Positions 36,089 through 48,450 of a stretch of 64,000 nt of DNA are shown one piece after another. The notes below the pieces were generated by a model. The model was not told where the DNA came from, did no database searches, and worked only from the letters and a program-made list of their open reading frames with translations. The first letter of the stretch is position 1, and each line of letters begins with the position of its first letter. Made by a program: the position numbers and the translations under genes. Source of the DNA: Selaginella moellendorffii (taxonomy: Eukaryota > Plantae > Lycopodiophyta); contig NW_003314353.1 in NCBI RefSeq assembly GCF_000143415.4, positions 136,919 to 200,918 on the forward strand. The letters are read 5' to 3'.

Positions 36089-38955
36089 ATGGCGGAGCTC
36101 AAGACGGAGGCCTCGGCGCGTCCTCACGCGGATCGCGATCGCAATTGTGAGTTTCTAGCTGATTCTCGGGAGGATCCTAGTTCTCGGGTGGAAGAAGAAG
36201 GTGTAGGGCTAGATTCTAGGAGGGATGATGTTCGCAAGGATGAGCAGCTTGATTTGGAGCGCGCCTCGGTAGCTCCTGGTGCCAGTGACGCTGAGGAGGA
36301 CAAGAATGTCGAGGTAGTGAGGAGGGTAGATGGTCCTGGAATTGATCAAAAGGAGGGAGAAAGGAGGCTTCATGGAGAGAAGAAGGTCGAGGATGATTTG
36401 AATGAGGGAGAGAAAAACATCCAGGACGATGGAAGTGAGGAAGAGAAGAAGCTCGAGGATGAGAGGGAGAAAAAGATCCAGGAAGAGAAGAAGCTCGAGG
36501 ATGAGGGAGAGAAAAAGATCCAGGAGGAAGAGGAGAAGGTCGAGGATGATCGAAGTGAGAGAGAGAAAAAGATCCAGGACGAGCAAGAGAAGAAGATCGA
36601 GGATGATCGAAATGAGGGAGAGAAAAAGCTCCAGGACGATGGAAGTGAGGAAGAGAAGAAGCTTGACGAGAAGCTTCAGGACGATCTAGAAATCGCTGGG
36701 AGCCAGGAGGAAATGTCGATGGAGGCTGCAGGTGACCCGACCAAGCCAAAGATCTTGCGGACGTTTGAGAGGAGGAAAAAGCCAATGAAGGTGTTCGAGA
36801 GAAGGAAGAAGAAGGTAGATGGTGAGGCTTCGGGTGGGAACGAGGACAGTGAGAAGAAGGAGGCCATAGATGCTGAGAAGAAAAAACTCAAGAGGCCGAG
36901 GCCGGATGATGGTGAGGATACAAAGCTGGCGCAGGAGGGCAAAGTCGCGAAGAAACCGAAGGAAGGAAAGCAGCGCAACCTGAAAGAGAAGCTAAGGGAA
37001 GAAAAACAGAGCACTTCCAAGGAGCAGTCAAAGGAAGGGAAGCTGAAAAACGTGAAGCAGACCAAGAAGCTGTTAAAGTGTCAGTCCGATGGCTCAAAGA
37101 AGGAGTCGGGCGATGCAAATGGTTTATCGAGCGAGCGTAAAAGAACTCAGGACAGCGAAAAGAAAAAGGTCGAAAAGAAGAGATCGAGTGATGCTGACAT
37201 TAAGGATACAAAGCAGGCGAAGAAGAACAAGGCCTCGAAGGAGACGACGGAGAAGCAGGACATTTTGAAGGAGCAGCTGAAAGAAGGGAAAAAGGAGACG
37301 CTGAAAGAAGGAAAGAAGGAGAAGCTGAAAGAAGGATTGAAGGAGAAGGAGAAGGAAAAGTGGAACGATGTGAAGATCAAGGATCGGCCGAACCTGTTCA
37401 GGTCCCAGTCCAATGATTCAAAGAAGGAGGCGAAAGTGTCTACTTCCAAAGAATCGAGCGACGGCAAAAGACCTGAGGTGGAAGATGCTAAAAAGCCCCT
37501 GAAGACTCTTCATGTGGAGCCCGAGGCCCTGAATAATGCGTTGGAGGCAATCTCTACTCCGGTTTCGAGGCTTCTTGACGGTGGAGGTTCAAACAAAGTT
37601 CGTGAAGCGTAAGTACAGTTTTTGTCACATTCTACAACCCTTGTTCTGACTGGTTTTTGCTAATTCACAGTTACGAAGCTGCGAAAGAATTGAAGCAGCG
37701 TCGCCTAGCCCTGAAAGAGGAAACGGCGTCGGCATCCATGAAGTTTCTGAAAGCAGCGGCTGAATCAAAGCAGCAAACGCAATCGGACTCGCCTGTTTTC
37801 AAGGAACCTACACCGGACAATACAAGTCCCGCCGAGAAAGAGAAGCATGGAAGCGACGCTAAGAAACTCAAGGAAAGGGAGAAAGGAATAGCGCTGGAGA
37901 CTTTCCAGGGGATGCTTGAAACGCTCACGCGAGCCAAAGAGAGCATTCAAAAAACTACGCTCTTTGCGATGGATTGCGCAAACAAAGGAATCGCCAAACA
38001 GGTATGGTCTTGGTTTTACGTTCCATGGCTGACGGACGGTTTTACCAACAGGTCATGGATGCTATAATGCGCAAACTTAAGAGGGAACGCGAACACAAGA
38101 AGCGCGTAGATTTGTTGTTCTTGGTGGATTCCATGGCGCAGTATCATCATCACAAAGGTGGAAGTTTGTTGTCAGAGTTTTACAAGATTCTGACTCCGTG
38201 ATGGTCTCCAGGTGGACCGGATTATGCTTCTATCGTGGAAGGCTGTCTTGCTCGTTTCCTGACTGCCGTCGCTCCTCCAAACAGCCCCTCGGAAAATCGC
38301 CAGCAGTGTGTGAAGGTAAACTTCGTGTGCTTTCTTTCCACCGTGGCTTGAGTCGTTTCCATCAGGTGGTGAACTTGTGGGTGAAGAGGAACATCATGAA
38401 AGAAACTCTCCTCAAGGACACCATCGCCAGGCTCGGCATGGAAGCTGGTCTCAACACCACGCAGCGGCAGTACCAGCGTCACGACCGTGCATTCCACGAT
38501 CCCATGCGTGAGATGGGCAGTGACATGCTTGTGGACGAGTACGGCAGGTATGGCTCACAAGCGTTTCTCTTTCACACTCCCGAGGCATGGCTGACGTTTC
38601 CTTGTGGGCTTGTAGCAACACAAGCTTTCAGCTCCCTGGATTTCTCGTCCGGAGGGACGACGAGGAGGACGAAGAGATGGAGATGGAGATGGAGATAGGA
38701 ATGGATGTGTCTCCGGTGAAAGACCATAAGCTCCAGGTGGCTATGGAGGAAGCGGCAGAGCCCCAAAACGGTAGGACCCTTATGGTGAAAAGAGGCGTAG
38801 AGAGGCTTGCGCCGCTACCAACGTCGCCACCACCATCGCCCCCGCCGCTACCAGCGATGCCACCGCCATCTCCTCCTCGGCCTCCGAACTCGCCGCCCCC
38901 GCCATACCCGTCGACCACGATCCAGCAAACTTGGCAGCAGCATCGACGGCAGTGA
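36089..38955 (+). CDS. HUA2/HULK-like CID-domain protein with charged low-complexity N-terminus and Pro-rich tail
   Basis: FQGMLETLTRAKESI, RVDLLFLVDSMAQ, ENRQQCVKV, DPMREM..LVDEYGSNTSFQLPGF; PPPSPPP tail. Confidence 0.85.
36377..36685 (+). repeat. Coding tandem repeat (EKK[IL/V][QE]D units)
   Basis: Repeated gagaagaag/gagaaaaagatccagga/gaggatga units. Confidence 0.85.
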
Positions 38956-40428
38956 TTACCTTCCTCCTCGTATCTTGTAAAAAAAAAAATGGAAACCGGT
39001 GGTAAGTATGAACTCGTGCTAAGTTCTCGGCGGTCTAACGGAGTGCTACAGGGGCTGGTTCTTCCTTTCTATATACTCGAATCGCTCTCTCGTTTTTAAT
39101 CCTGGGAAGAGATATCAGATGCGAACGAAGTGATATCTATCCGATCATTTTGCAACGCCGCGATGAGATGATGCTTTGCGGTAAAATCCCAGGGACCAAT
39201 CCTTTTTTGTACTTGACTACTGTTAAACGAATATTCAGTCAAAGTCAAAGGGATATGCTTCTTGATTCGAAAGAGAGGTATGGCTTCTCGCACACTACTT
39301 TTTAATTTTATCGACTGACAAAACCGTTCCCTGTAGTGATCAAAAGAAAGCCGCGCGTTTGCACGTAAAAGAGAGAGTACTGTGCTTATATATGGTACGG
39401 GGGAAACTTGGCACGCACAAACTGCGTGGAGGGCTTGTTTATATACGAACTGAACGTGAACAAGTCTCAAGCGTGAACGTAACAGGTCTGTGTCTGGCTG
39501 TTTCAAGTTATCTACTGATTGTTTTGTTGCGTTCCTTAGCTACATTGATGGATCAGATCATATGAACAAACTTGGCGAGCGAAACGCTTGAGCTGAGCAC
39601 GAACTAGTGCCGTGGTCCTTTTGGCTCCGTGAGGAGTGAAGTGAGCTTCACTGCTAAGCGGAGCCAAAAGCTCTGCGGCACTAAGCTTGTCTGCAAAGCA
39701 AAGCGCTCGCAAGACACCAGTCGGCCATTCAACACGGCAGGATCGGCGATTATGCTGCTACTAGAAGAAGAGAAAAAAAGAGTGGAGCACGAAAGTACAG
39801 ACATTCTGGTGATCACATGGAGAAGACGTCAGCTGCGTGCGAGTTAGGAAGAGTCATGTGGAGGGTGTCTTTAAGGTACTGCCATCAGATTCGCTTCATT
39901 AGTTAGACAATCGTTGGCAGTTTGCGCCGGTTTGTTTTGTTTTAGCTCTATTTTATCCTTGCGATCTTGCCGTTTCTTTCATTGTCTGAGCGTGATCTCT
40001 TTTGGTCCTCAGGCACAACTCGCTGGATTTGTATGATACTCCACCGTGGTACCACCGGTTGCGTGAACTTTACCACCGTTTGCCATTAAAGCTGTGGTGT
40101 CGCAGGGAATAGTAAGACGGTGGTGTTTTCCTTGTTGGGCTTTTGGTTTGCTTGCTGTGGCTTTTGTTATTCTTTTCCAGGCTTTTTTTTTCGTAGTGAA
40201 TTGATTCGTTCTGTTTTCATGGTATTGTTTGGTAGCTGCTTATACTGGGTCTTTGGTGTCGACTAACTACCTCTCTCCACCCATTTGATCTGGTGTCAGG
40301 TCTCAATCAATTCACTGTGGATCTGTTCTTTGTATTTAAGGACAATGGCTATACGAACACTCTTACAGCTCAAAGGTGAAGCTAAGCTAGCTCTTCTCTC
40401 TCTTCTCTCTCGCGGTTCTTTCGACACA

Positions 40429-41392
40429 ATGTGAGTGAGAGAGGATTGTTGTAAAGCTTGTTTTCTCTTCCCTGTCGGCTAACGACATGATGAATTCATG
40501 GTATTCCAGGTCGCCAGTTCTCGCTGCTCTTGGTTTTCTTCTCCACTGTACGCTGTTCCAGTTCGCTCAGGGACAAGGGTGGACAAGCGCTCATGCAACT
40601 TTCTATGGGGGAAGCGATGCAGCAGGGACAATGGGTACGTAATGCGTGAAGTTTTCTACAGTGAAGAGTTATAATATATGTGTGATGCTCTTCTTTTGTT
40701 TGTAGGTGGAGCTTGTGGTTATGGTAATTTGTACAGCCAGGGATACGGCAACAACAATGCCGCACTGAGCACTGCTTTGTTCAACTCTGGATTGAGCTGT
40801 GGTGCGTGCTTTGAGATCCGGTGTGACAGTGCTGCCGATCCAAGATGGTGCATTGCCGGGACTTCCGTTGTTGTCACTGCAACCAACTTCTGCCCTCCAA
40901 ACTACGCTCTCGCAAACAACAACGGAGGATGGTGCAACCCTCCACTGGAACACTTCGACATGGCGCAGCCTGCGTGGGAGCAAATTGGCATCTACAGGGG
41001 AGGCATTGTTCCCGTCCAATACAGAAGGTAAAGTCGAAAGCCTTTAAAAGCCGCTCATAACTTTTTCTCGTTTGGTGGATAACAGAGTCAGCTGCGTCAA
41101 GAAGGGAGGAATCCACTTCACAATGAACGGCCACACGTATTTCAATCTGGTGCTCATCAGCAACGTTGGCGGAGCCGGCGACGTGCACGCCGTGTCCATC
41201 AAAGGCTCCGGCACCGGTTGGCAAGACATGAGCCGGAACTGGGGACAAAACTGGCAGAGCAATGGCCAGTTCCAGGGGCAGAGCCTCTCGTTCAAAGTCA
41301 CCACGAGCGATGGCAAAAGCGTGGTCTCCATGGACGTGGCTCCCGCCGACTGGCAGTATGGACAAACCTTCGAAGGGTCCCAGTTTGATTGA
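40429..41392 (+). CDS. EXPA: Alpha-expansin; start codon split by first intron
   Basis: AT|intron 40431-40509|G; [35 protein letters not shown]. Confidence 0.95.
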
Positions 41393-42556
41393 AAAGTACG
41401 TTGTTTTTCTCTGGAGCTTTTCTGGTTCGTCCTGTACTTATGGCTGGCTGTGTTGCAGGGATGGAAGGAAAGAGATGGAAGAGATGAAAGACATGCTGGA
41501 AGATGGAAGAGGAGGTAAAAGTTTCATTACATTCATGGAGGAAACGAAGAGCGTAGAGGGTCTAGAAAGGATGGGTTTTTAGCGCAGATTTGAGGATGGG
41601 GATGAGATGAAGAAACGACGGCCAACCTCCCCGCCGCTGGAAGAGATTTTAGAGATTCTAGAGAAGCTCGAGGAACAGTTTGCAAAGTCCAAATCGAGCA
41701 GACGAGCTCCACCACGCTGTCGGGAGTTTGCAAAGAGTCACGGGGAAAAATAGAAGATAAAAGGAAACGAGGCGAGCGTTATGAAGCTCTTGTGCACTGC
41801 ATCGAAACCAAAAGAGAAAAGCTTTCTTAAGAGTTTGCGAGCTTCAGTCCAAATGTATCTAACTGACAGCTTTAAAATCGAGGAGCGGGTTGTGCTTCTC
41901 ACATGTTGTTCTTGTTTGTTGCCCCACGATGGGCCTTAAAATAATGGGTGGCGATTTTTCTGGTCATGGGTCGTGTGAAACATAAAGGAACACTACACAT
42001 GGCTTTGGGATCTGTTTGAAACGATGAAAGGCCGTGAGGAATATGGAAGATTTCAAGTGTTTTTCTATTCTTGGACGTAAGATCGGAAAGAGACCTTTGC
42101 TTGAAGTTCAAAAGATCACTGCATTTACATTGACAACTTGTTTTCAAGTGCAAATTTGATTATTGCAAGTTTTGAAGAGCTTGTGCGTTGAGGAGGGCAA
42201 TTTTCAAGCAAACCACCTCTAAGATTCCTCCGCAAGCTGGGCTTATTTTTTTCATATGTACAAAACGGCCATCTTCTTCAATCGTCGGATCGTTGCTCCT
42301 AAACTTTTAAAAACTCATTAGCAGCAGCAGGCTCCACATTTGCAAAGCTCTTGCATGCTGTGAAATCCAACCAATCAATGGCAAACTCAATCGCCCATCA
42401 ATCCTGTTGTCAAGAGAAACTCTCCCTAGAATCGCTCCTCGCCATGAACTCTACCACCTTTCCTATCCCACCTGATCTTAGAAACTACGAAAGAATCAAA
42501 AGAACCACTCCATGAGCCGCGCAATGTCATGAGAACCACGAGAGTTGACCCGCAAA

Positions 42557-43695
42557 CTAGAACTGCTCGCCCTCGAACGTCTGCCCATACGCCCAGTTTG
42601 CCCCGGCGACGTTGTAGGCGATGGTGGTTTTGCCATCGCTGGTTGTGACCTTGAAGGAGAGGGCCTGGCCGCCCAGGAGAGCGTTGCTCTGCCAGTTTTG
42701 GCCCCAGTTGCGGCTCATGGGGATCCAGTCGGTGCCCGAGCCTTTGATGGAGACGGCGTGCACGTCCCCGGCACCGCCAACGTTGGTGATTAGCACCAGG
42801 TTGAAGTAGGCGTGGCCGTTCATGGTGAATCGGATGCCACCACTCCTAGAGCAAGAGACTCTGCAAGAAAACCAGGAAACTTTTCTTAGTTTGGAAAAAG
42901 AAGAGATCCAAGAGAGAGGAAGATGGATGAAGTCAAGTCAGTTTGAAAGAATCTAAACTCTAAAGAGACTGGCAAGAGAAACAGTAAGGTAGAAAAGCTT
43001 TCTGGACACCAAACGTGAGCAGCTCCCGAGTTCAGACAGAAAGTGAAGGTGGGTCTCAGAAAAACTCCAGGAAACGCTCTGAAAGAACAGGGGACAAGAT
43101 GTCGGACAGTGAGGGGGATGGGGTGTCAAAGTTCAGACGACATACTCAAAATGGGAACAGAGGTGACTGGATTTCTACCTTCTGTAGGAGATGGGGACAA
43201 TCCCAGCAGAGTATTGTGCAATCTTGAGAAATGCAGGCTGGGCCATGTCAAAGTGCTGGAGGGGGGAGTTGCACCAGCCCCCATCGTTGCTGGGTTGGGA
43301 ACTTGGAGGGCAGAAGTTTGTGGCTGTGACAACCACAGAGCCTGGGAGGCACCACTTGGGATCACTGCCACTTGCACACTTGACTTCAAAGCAGGCTCCG
43401 CAGCTCAGCCCATCTTGAAACAGAGCAGTGCTCAATGCTGCTGTGTTGGTGCCATATCCAGCACTCACCAAGTTTCCATAGCCACAGGCACCACCTGGAA
43501 CAAATAGAAACCCAATATGTTAAAATGTTGGAGGGAAAGGATTTGAAGATTTTTACCCATTGTGCCTGCTGCATTGGATCCACCATAAAAGGTCGCATGG
43601 GCATCAGTCCAACCACTTCCATAGCCACCACCATGGACTACTCTGCTTAGCAAGAGTGCCATGAAGATCTTGAAAGAGGCAGAAAGGCTGGCCAT
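42557..43695 (-). CDS. EXPA: Alpha-expansin (tail-to-tail paralog)
   Basis: MASLSASF signal, [34 protein letters not shown]. Confidence 0.95.
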
Positions 43696-44959
43696 GGAAA
43701 CTGGAAAGGTCACTCGTTTAAAACTAGCTTTAGCTACAGGGAGGCTGCTCCTCCACAAACAAACGAATGAATGAATGAAGGGACTGCTGCAAATGTGTGA
43801 GGCTTATATAAGACTGGGCTAAACAACCACAGATTTTGTCAAACTTGCTGAGCTAGTTTATTTGGTTTTCTTCTTGGGTGTTTGGTTTGGGGATGTGTGT
43901 CAGCACATGATGCTACAGTATCCAAGGTCCCGCCTTCCCTCTTTTCAAGTCGCTGACACCCATGTAACACCAAGCTGTTCAACTGCAAGCCATCTTTGAT
44001 GCCATTTTGCTACATTGACAATTGTCCTCTAGCACATTTGTCTTTGAAAACTTTCTTGGCCCCATGATCAACTGGGCATAATCTCAAAACTGTTTCCATG
44101 CAGCAAGAAAGTGACTCGCCATCCATCTCAACTAATAACTACTGAGGAACAAGAAGATCTTTGGATCAGCTGTGCAGAGCTCCAATCATCCCTGCTGCAA
44201 TGCCATCTATTCATCCACACATCACCATCAGGAACATTTCTCCTGTCAAAAAAGAAATTTCTTCCTTTTCTCTTTTGGTTTTTTTGAAGTTTTATAAAAA
44301 GTGGAAAAAAAAGAGAGAGGCCATGTTGGCCCATGTGGGGTACCTGTTCACTTGACTGCCACAATGCAACCACATGGGGATGTCAGTAATTGTCTTCCAT
44401 TTTCCCAAAAAAAACCCTCTGGGCTTCCTCCCAAGAAACTCTCCTCTTTGCAATGCAGCTGTGCAGTTTTTTGGGTGGGGGTCCAGTCAGTGAGTTCCAT
44501 GAATGAGAGAAAAAGAATCAGACAGTCTGGGTCTGGGCAATTGCAGAAGCTTCAAAACTTAGCCTATGCTCCTTCAAGTTATAATCTGAAACTTTGAAGC
44601 TTGATGGTAGATTCCATTCACAGAGGCCTTGTTTGTTTTTTCGCTCGGGGTGGAAGAAGTACATCACAGACAAAACGTCATGTCCTATTTGCACTGCACG
44701 ATTTCAAAGAAACAATAGTATAACAATGTTTAAGTTGACGAATCCGATCAAACTCGAACATGTTACTGAAAGTACTCTTGTTTTAGGAGATCAAGAACGA
44801 TCAGTGAAAGTCATAAACGTTTTAATCTCAACTAGCTCTTTGACTACATTGTCTTAAGTAGATTAAAAAAGCATAGCAAATCTAACAAGAGCATATGAGA
44901 TTCAAGTAAGCTCCAGAAAGTATAATTGCAGGTGTGTAGTTTTTCTTACATCGTGGTTG

Positions 44960-45502
44960 TCAAGGGATACAAGATCGATTTATGTAGTCTTTGTTTACGT
45001 CGTGGTTGTTTCCATCAAGCAAGGGAATTATATCTCCTTGGAACTTTCCTTCCTTCCACTGCTTGAGCGACGGCCTCAAATCCTCCAGCCCCGCGATCCC
45101 TTCCAGCAGCGGCAGCAGCTTGATCAAATGCCTCTCGCGCTCTTCCTCCTCCATGCTCCACTCCGAAAAAGGCACGATCGCCAAGCCATTCTCCTCATTG
45201 CTCGCAAACGTCAGTGGGTTGTCATCTATGGCCACCACTCTCGTCAAATCCTGCCCCAGAATCACCAGGGGCTTGGTGCCCCGGACGCAGGAATTGCAAT
45301 AGAACCGGCGTGCGATGCTCACTTTGAGAATGTGGTCGATGATCCGATCCGCGCGCTCCTGGTTGCTGGACGTGAAGATGACGATCTCGTAGAGCTTGCT
45401 TACTCTGGCCAGGAATTCATCCAGCCCCGGCCGTTTGGTCGCCCTTCCATACACTAGCGTGTTGTCAATGTCTAGCACAAGCGTAGGCTTGGTGCACGCC
45501 AT
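44960..45502 (-). CDS. Intronless SCP/FCP1-like (NIF, HAD-family) phosphatase
   Basis: TLVLDIDNTLV (DxDxT), KRPGLDEFL, YEIVIFT, VAIDDNP; telo-box aaaccctaa just upstream. Confidence 0.85.
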   Translation of the reverse strand: MACTKPTLVLDIDNTLVYGRATKRPGLDEFLARVSKLYEIVIFTSSNQERADRIIDHILKVSIARRFYCNSCVRGTKPLVILGQDLTRVVAIDDNPLTFASNEENGLAIVPFSEWSMEEEERERHLIKLLPLLEGIAGLEDLRPSLKQWKEGKFQGDIIPLLDGNNHDVNKDYINRSCIP

Positions 45503-46274
45503 AGCCCTAAACCCTAACCATGAACCAGGAATATCCTCCAATTCCCGCCAATTTCAAACTCTTGTGTGAGAGAGAACACTTCCGAAAGCCTTGCCTCAAA
45601 AGTAATTATCTTCCCCAAATTGCTGTGGAGGATCCAAGCAATTTGTGCTGGTCCAACTTGATGCACTGCTTGGTACGATGTTTGGAAACTGTTGGACACC
45701 ATGTAAATGGACAAGATTGATGTTCAAATGACCTCATGGCCCAATGGATTAGGTGCTGGTCTACAGAACCAGAGATTCTGGGTTTGATCCCCAGTGAGGT
45801 CGAACCCAGTATCTCTTTTGCCATACATGCATCTGAGCAAAATCTGTCGAGGAAGATGAGACATGCTTAATGGCTTCAAGCTTGGGGTAGCTTGTCTAAC
45901 CATAATACTCGAGCTTGGATAATTGGGGTAGCTAGGGGGAGTTTACCTCTCGAGCAGAACCATAATAGGGTAATCTGTTTCATCAACCACTAAGTCATCC
46001 TTAAAAACACACAATCTATCTTGTCAATCTTGTACATTTCATCCTTTGCGAAAGGCCTGCCAGAGATTTGGATCTCTACGTGTAGACTACAAAATAGCAC
46101 CTGGTCGATCTCTGGGACAAGCAGCCAAAGTAGAAGCTTTGATGGCTGGAATGGCATTTCCTCACACTTTGGTGATGCTAAAGTCCATGATGGAAGGTGA
46201 ACTCAGACTTACAAAGTGGATGATTTACCAAGAGATTACGAGCATCTCTCACGAGCCACTGGATCTGAGGGGTA

Positions 46275-48056
46275 TGTTGTGGTGTAAAAAGGGATGGACA
46301 TAACACTCATGAGCTCGTTCATTGAGTTCCGACTCTTTTTACATGACTCAAGGGACATGACTCATGACCACGTGGACATGCCACGTCAGCTGATCGAGAC
46401 TGACATCTCGACACTCCCACTCTGGCTCGATCAGCTGAGAGGATGGACTACCCCTCCCACTCAGCCGAAACAGATGGAGAGCAGACTCCCAGTGCAGCGC
46501 GATGGCGTTCAAAGGAGTCTCGAGCCAAAGCCTTCGTGAGTATATCAGCCACCATTGCCTCGGTGGGGCAATATTCCAGCAACAACTTTCCATTTTGGAC
46601 TTGTTCCCGCACGTAGTGGAAACGAATCTCGATGTGTTTCGTCCGAGAATGGAAGCGCGGATTGGCGGCCAGTGCAAGAGCACTTTGGTTGTCCGAGAAC
46701 AGCACCATAGGGCCGGTGCAAGCAGGAATCTGGGGCAGGTCACGGCAGAACTGGGTCAACCAAATCGCTTCTTTGCTGGCAGCGGTTAGGGCAATGTACT
46801 CTGCCTCTGTCGAGGACAGAGCCACCAGCGGCTGGCGCTTACTGCTCCAGGACACAGCAGCCCCATGGAGCAAGAACGTATACCCGGAGGTAGAGCGCCT
46901 TGAGTCCTGGTCGCCCGCCCAGTCCGCATCCGAGTACCCATGAAGTTCCTGTGACACAGCAGCGCCATAGTGAAGCTGCAAATGCAAGGTACCTCGAACG
47001 TAGCGGAAAATCCGCTTCACAGCTTGCCAATGTCCAGGTCCGGGGTTCTCGAGGAACTGGGAGACCATCCCAACAGCATAGGCGAGATCTGGTCGTGTGC
47101 CCAGCATCAAATAAACAAGACTTCCCACAGCTTGACGATATGGCACCGTGGCCATGTACTCGCGTTCTTCCTCTGTGACAGGGGCCATGTCACGGCTGAG
47201 TTTGTGATTGACCTCAAGAGGTGTGGCCACGGAAGAGCAGTCCAGCATATTGAAGCGTTCCAAGATCTCCCTTGCATAGTGAGCTTGTGTCAAACTCAAG
47301 GTGCGTGCTCCTCGATTGCGTATAATTTGGATGCCAAGGAAATGGCGAAGCTCGCCCAGGTCAGACATCTCAAATTCTTCACTCAGCTTCTTTTTCATCT
47401 CGTCCAGCAGGTGGCGGGTTTTTGCACCGAGAATGCAGTCGTCAACGTACACAGCAATGGTTTCACCCGTTTCCATGTGAAGCGCCAAGAATTGTTGATT
47501 CAGCAGCATGGAAGAATTTGCGGCTTGGGCCACGAAGATCGTGCGAAGCGACGTCCAGATTTCAGCAGCGGTCTTGGTGAGATCAATCAGCGGCAAGAAT
47601 TCATCGCTCAATCCCAAGCCAATGACGGTGATGGCAAAAATCCCAATCTGATTGTAGCGTCTGCTCAGCGGGACGAGGCTCAGTCCCATCAACGATGTTC
47701 CACGCTCGTTTCGCAGAGAGGATCAGCCTGATTCTTGTCGCCCATGTGAAGAAATTCGTGCCACTGAATTTCTCCACCTTCTCGGTGGAAGCCACGAGAA
47801 CTTGAGCAGCAACCGGTGGCAGCGGCGGCGGCAGCGGCAGCGGCGGTGGTGGTGGGGGCGGCGGAGGTGGTGGTGGTGTTGAAGCGGCCATGACAGCAAC
47901 GTCAAATCAGCCAACCAGGATCGTCCCCGGAATCCGATACCATGTTGTGGTGTAAAAAGGGATGGACATAACACTCATGAGCTCGTTCATTGAGTTCCGA
48001 TGTGGACATGCCACGTGGACATGCCACGTCAGCTGATCAAGACTGACATCTCGACA
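46275..48056 (-). mobile_element. Internally deleted Ty1/copia element (1782 bp) with very short LTRs
   Basis: TSD GGGTA (46270-46274, 48057-48061); LTRs 46275-46413 and 47943-48056 (TG...CA); PBS tggtatcgga 47933-47942; PPT gagtgggag 46414-46422. Confidence 0.95.
46448..47891 (-). pseudogene. Copia gag N-terminus fused to RT C-terminus and RNase H
   Basis: EKFSGTNFFTW (gag); AAEIWTSL..METGETI|AVYVDD; YRQAVGSL, TRPDL, YSDADWAG, SSTEAEY, ADILTKAL. Confidence 0.9.
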
Positions 48057-48219
48057 GGGTATGGGTTCTGCTGAGATCCAATCAAGCTGGCAGTCTTGGC
48101 AAAGCTGATCCAGTGCCTGAGTTATGGATCGCCCAAAAGAAGATGAGATCTGACAAGGATAATGATATCACTGAAGAAGTCCAGCCTTAGGTGCCCATCC
48201 TACAGCAGAACAGCATGTT

Positions 48220-48450
48220 ATAGCTATTTGACTTCATGGCAGCGGGTGCTAGATTTTCTCACATTGATAAGTATGAAGCAATGGGAAAAATCCTAAAACT
48301 AGAGTTTCTCTCTATAATCCATCACCAATGTATTCACCAAGAGCGCATCCATAGACAGAGCAAAGCTGAGCAGCAGTAAAGTTGTGCTCTCCCTTTACAG
48401 CCACCCATGCCAGGATCAATAGCCTCTTCCTCATGCATCGCAAGAACACA
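48220..48450 (+). repeat. Unclassified dispersed repeat; inverted copy at ~56432-56655
   Basis: atagctatttgacttcatggc...gagcgcatcca matches reverse complement of 56432-56655. Confidence 0.65.

Noticed and set aside
36209-37467. Long antisense and alternate-frame ORFs over the HUA2-like exon
   Set aside because: Shadow ORFs of a purine-rich low-complexity coding strand
39875-40130. Two imperfect hairpins as miRNA precursors
   Set aside because: Stems are short and mismatched and match no conserved miRNA I recognise; needs small-RNA data
45550-46274. LINE ORF1-like host sequence around the copia insertion
   Set aside because: Resemblance too weak to call without a profile search
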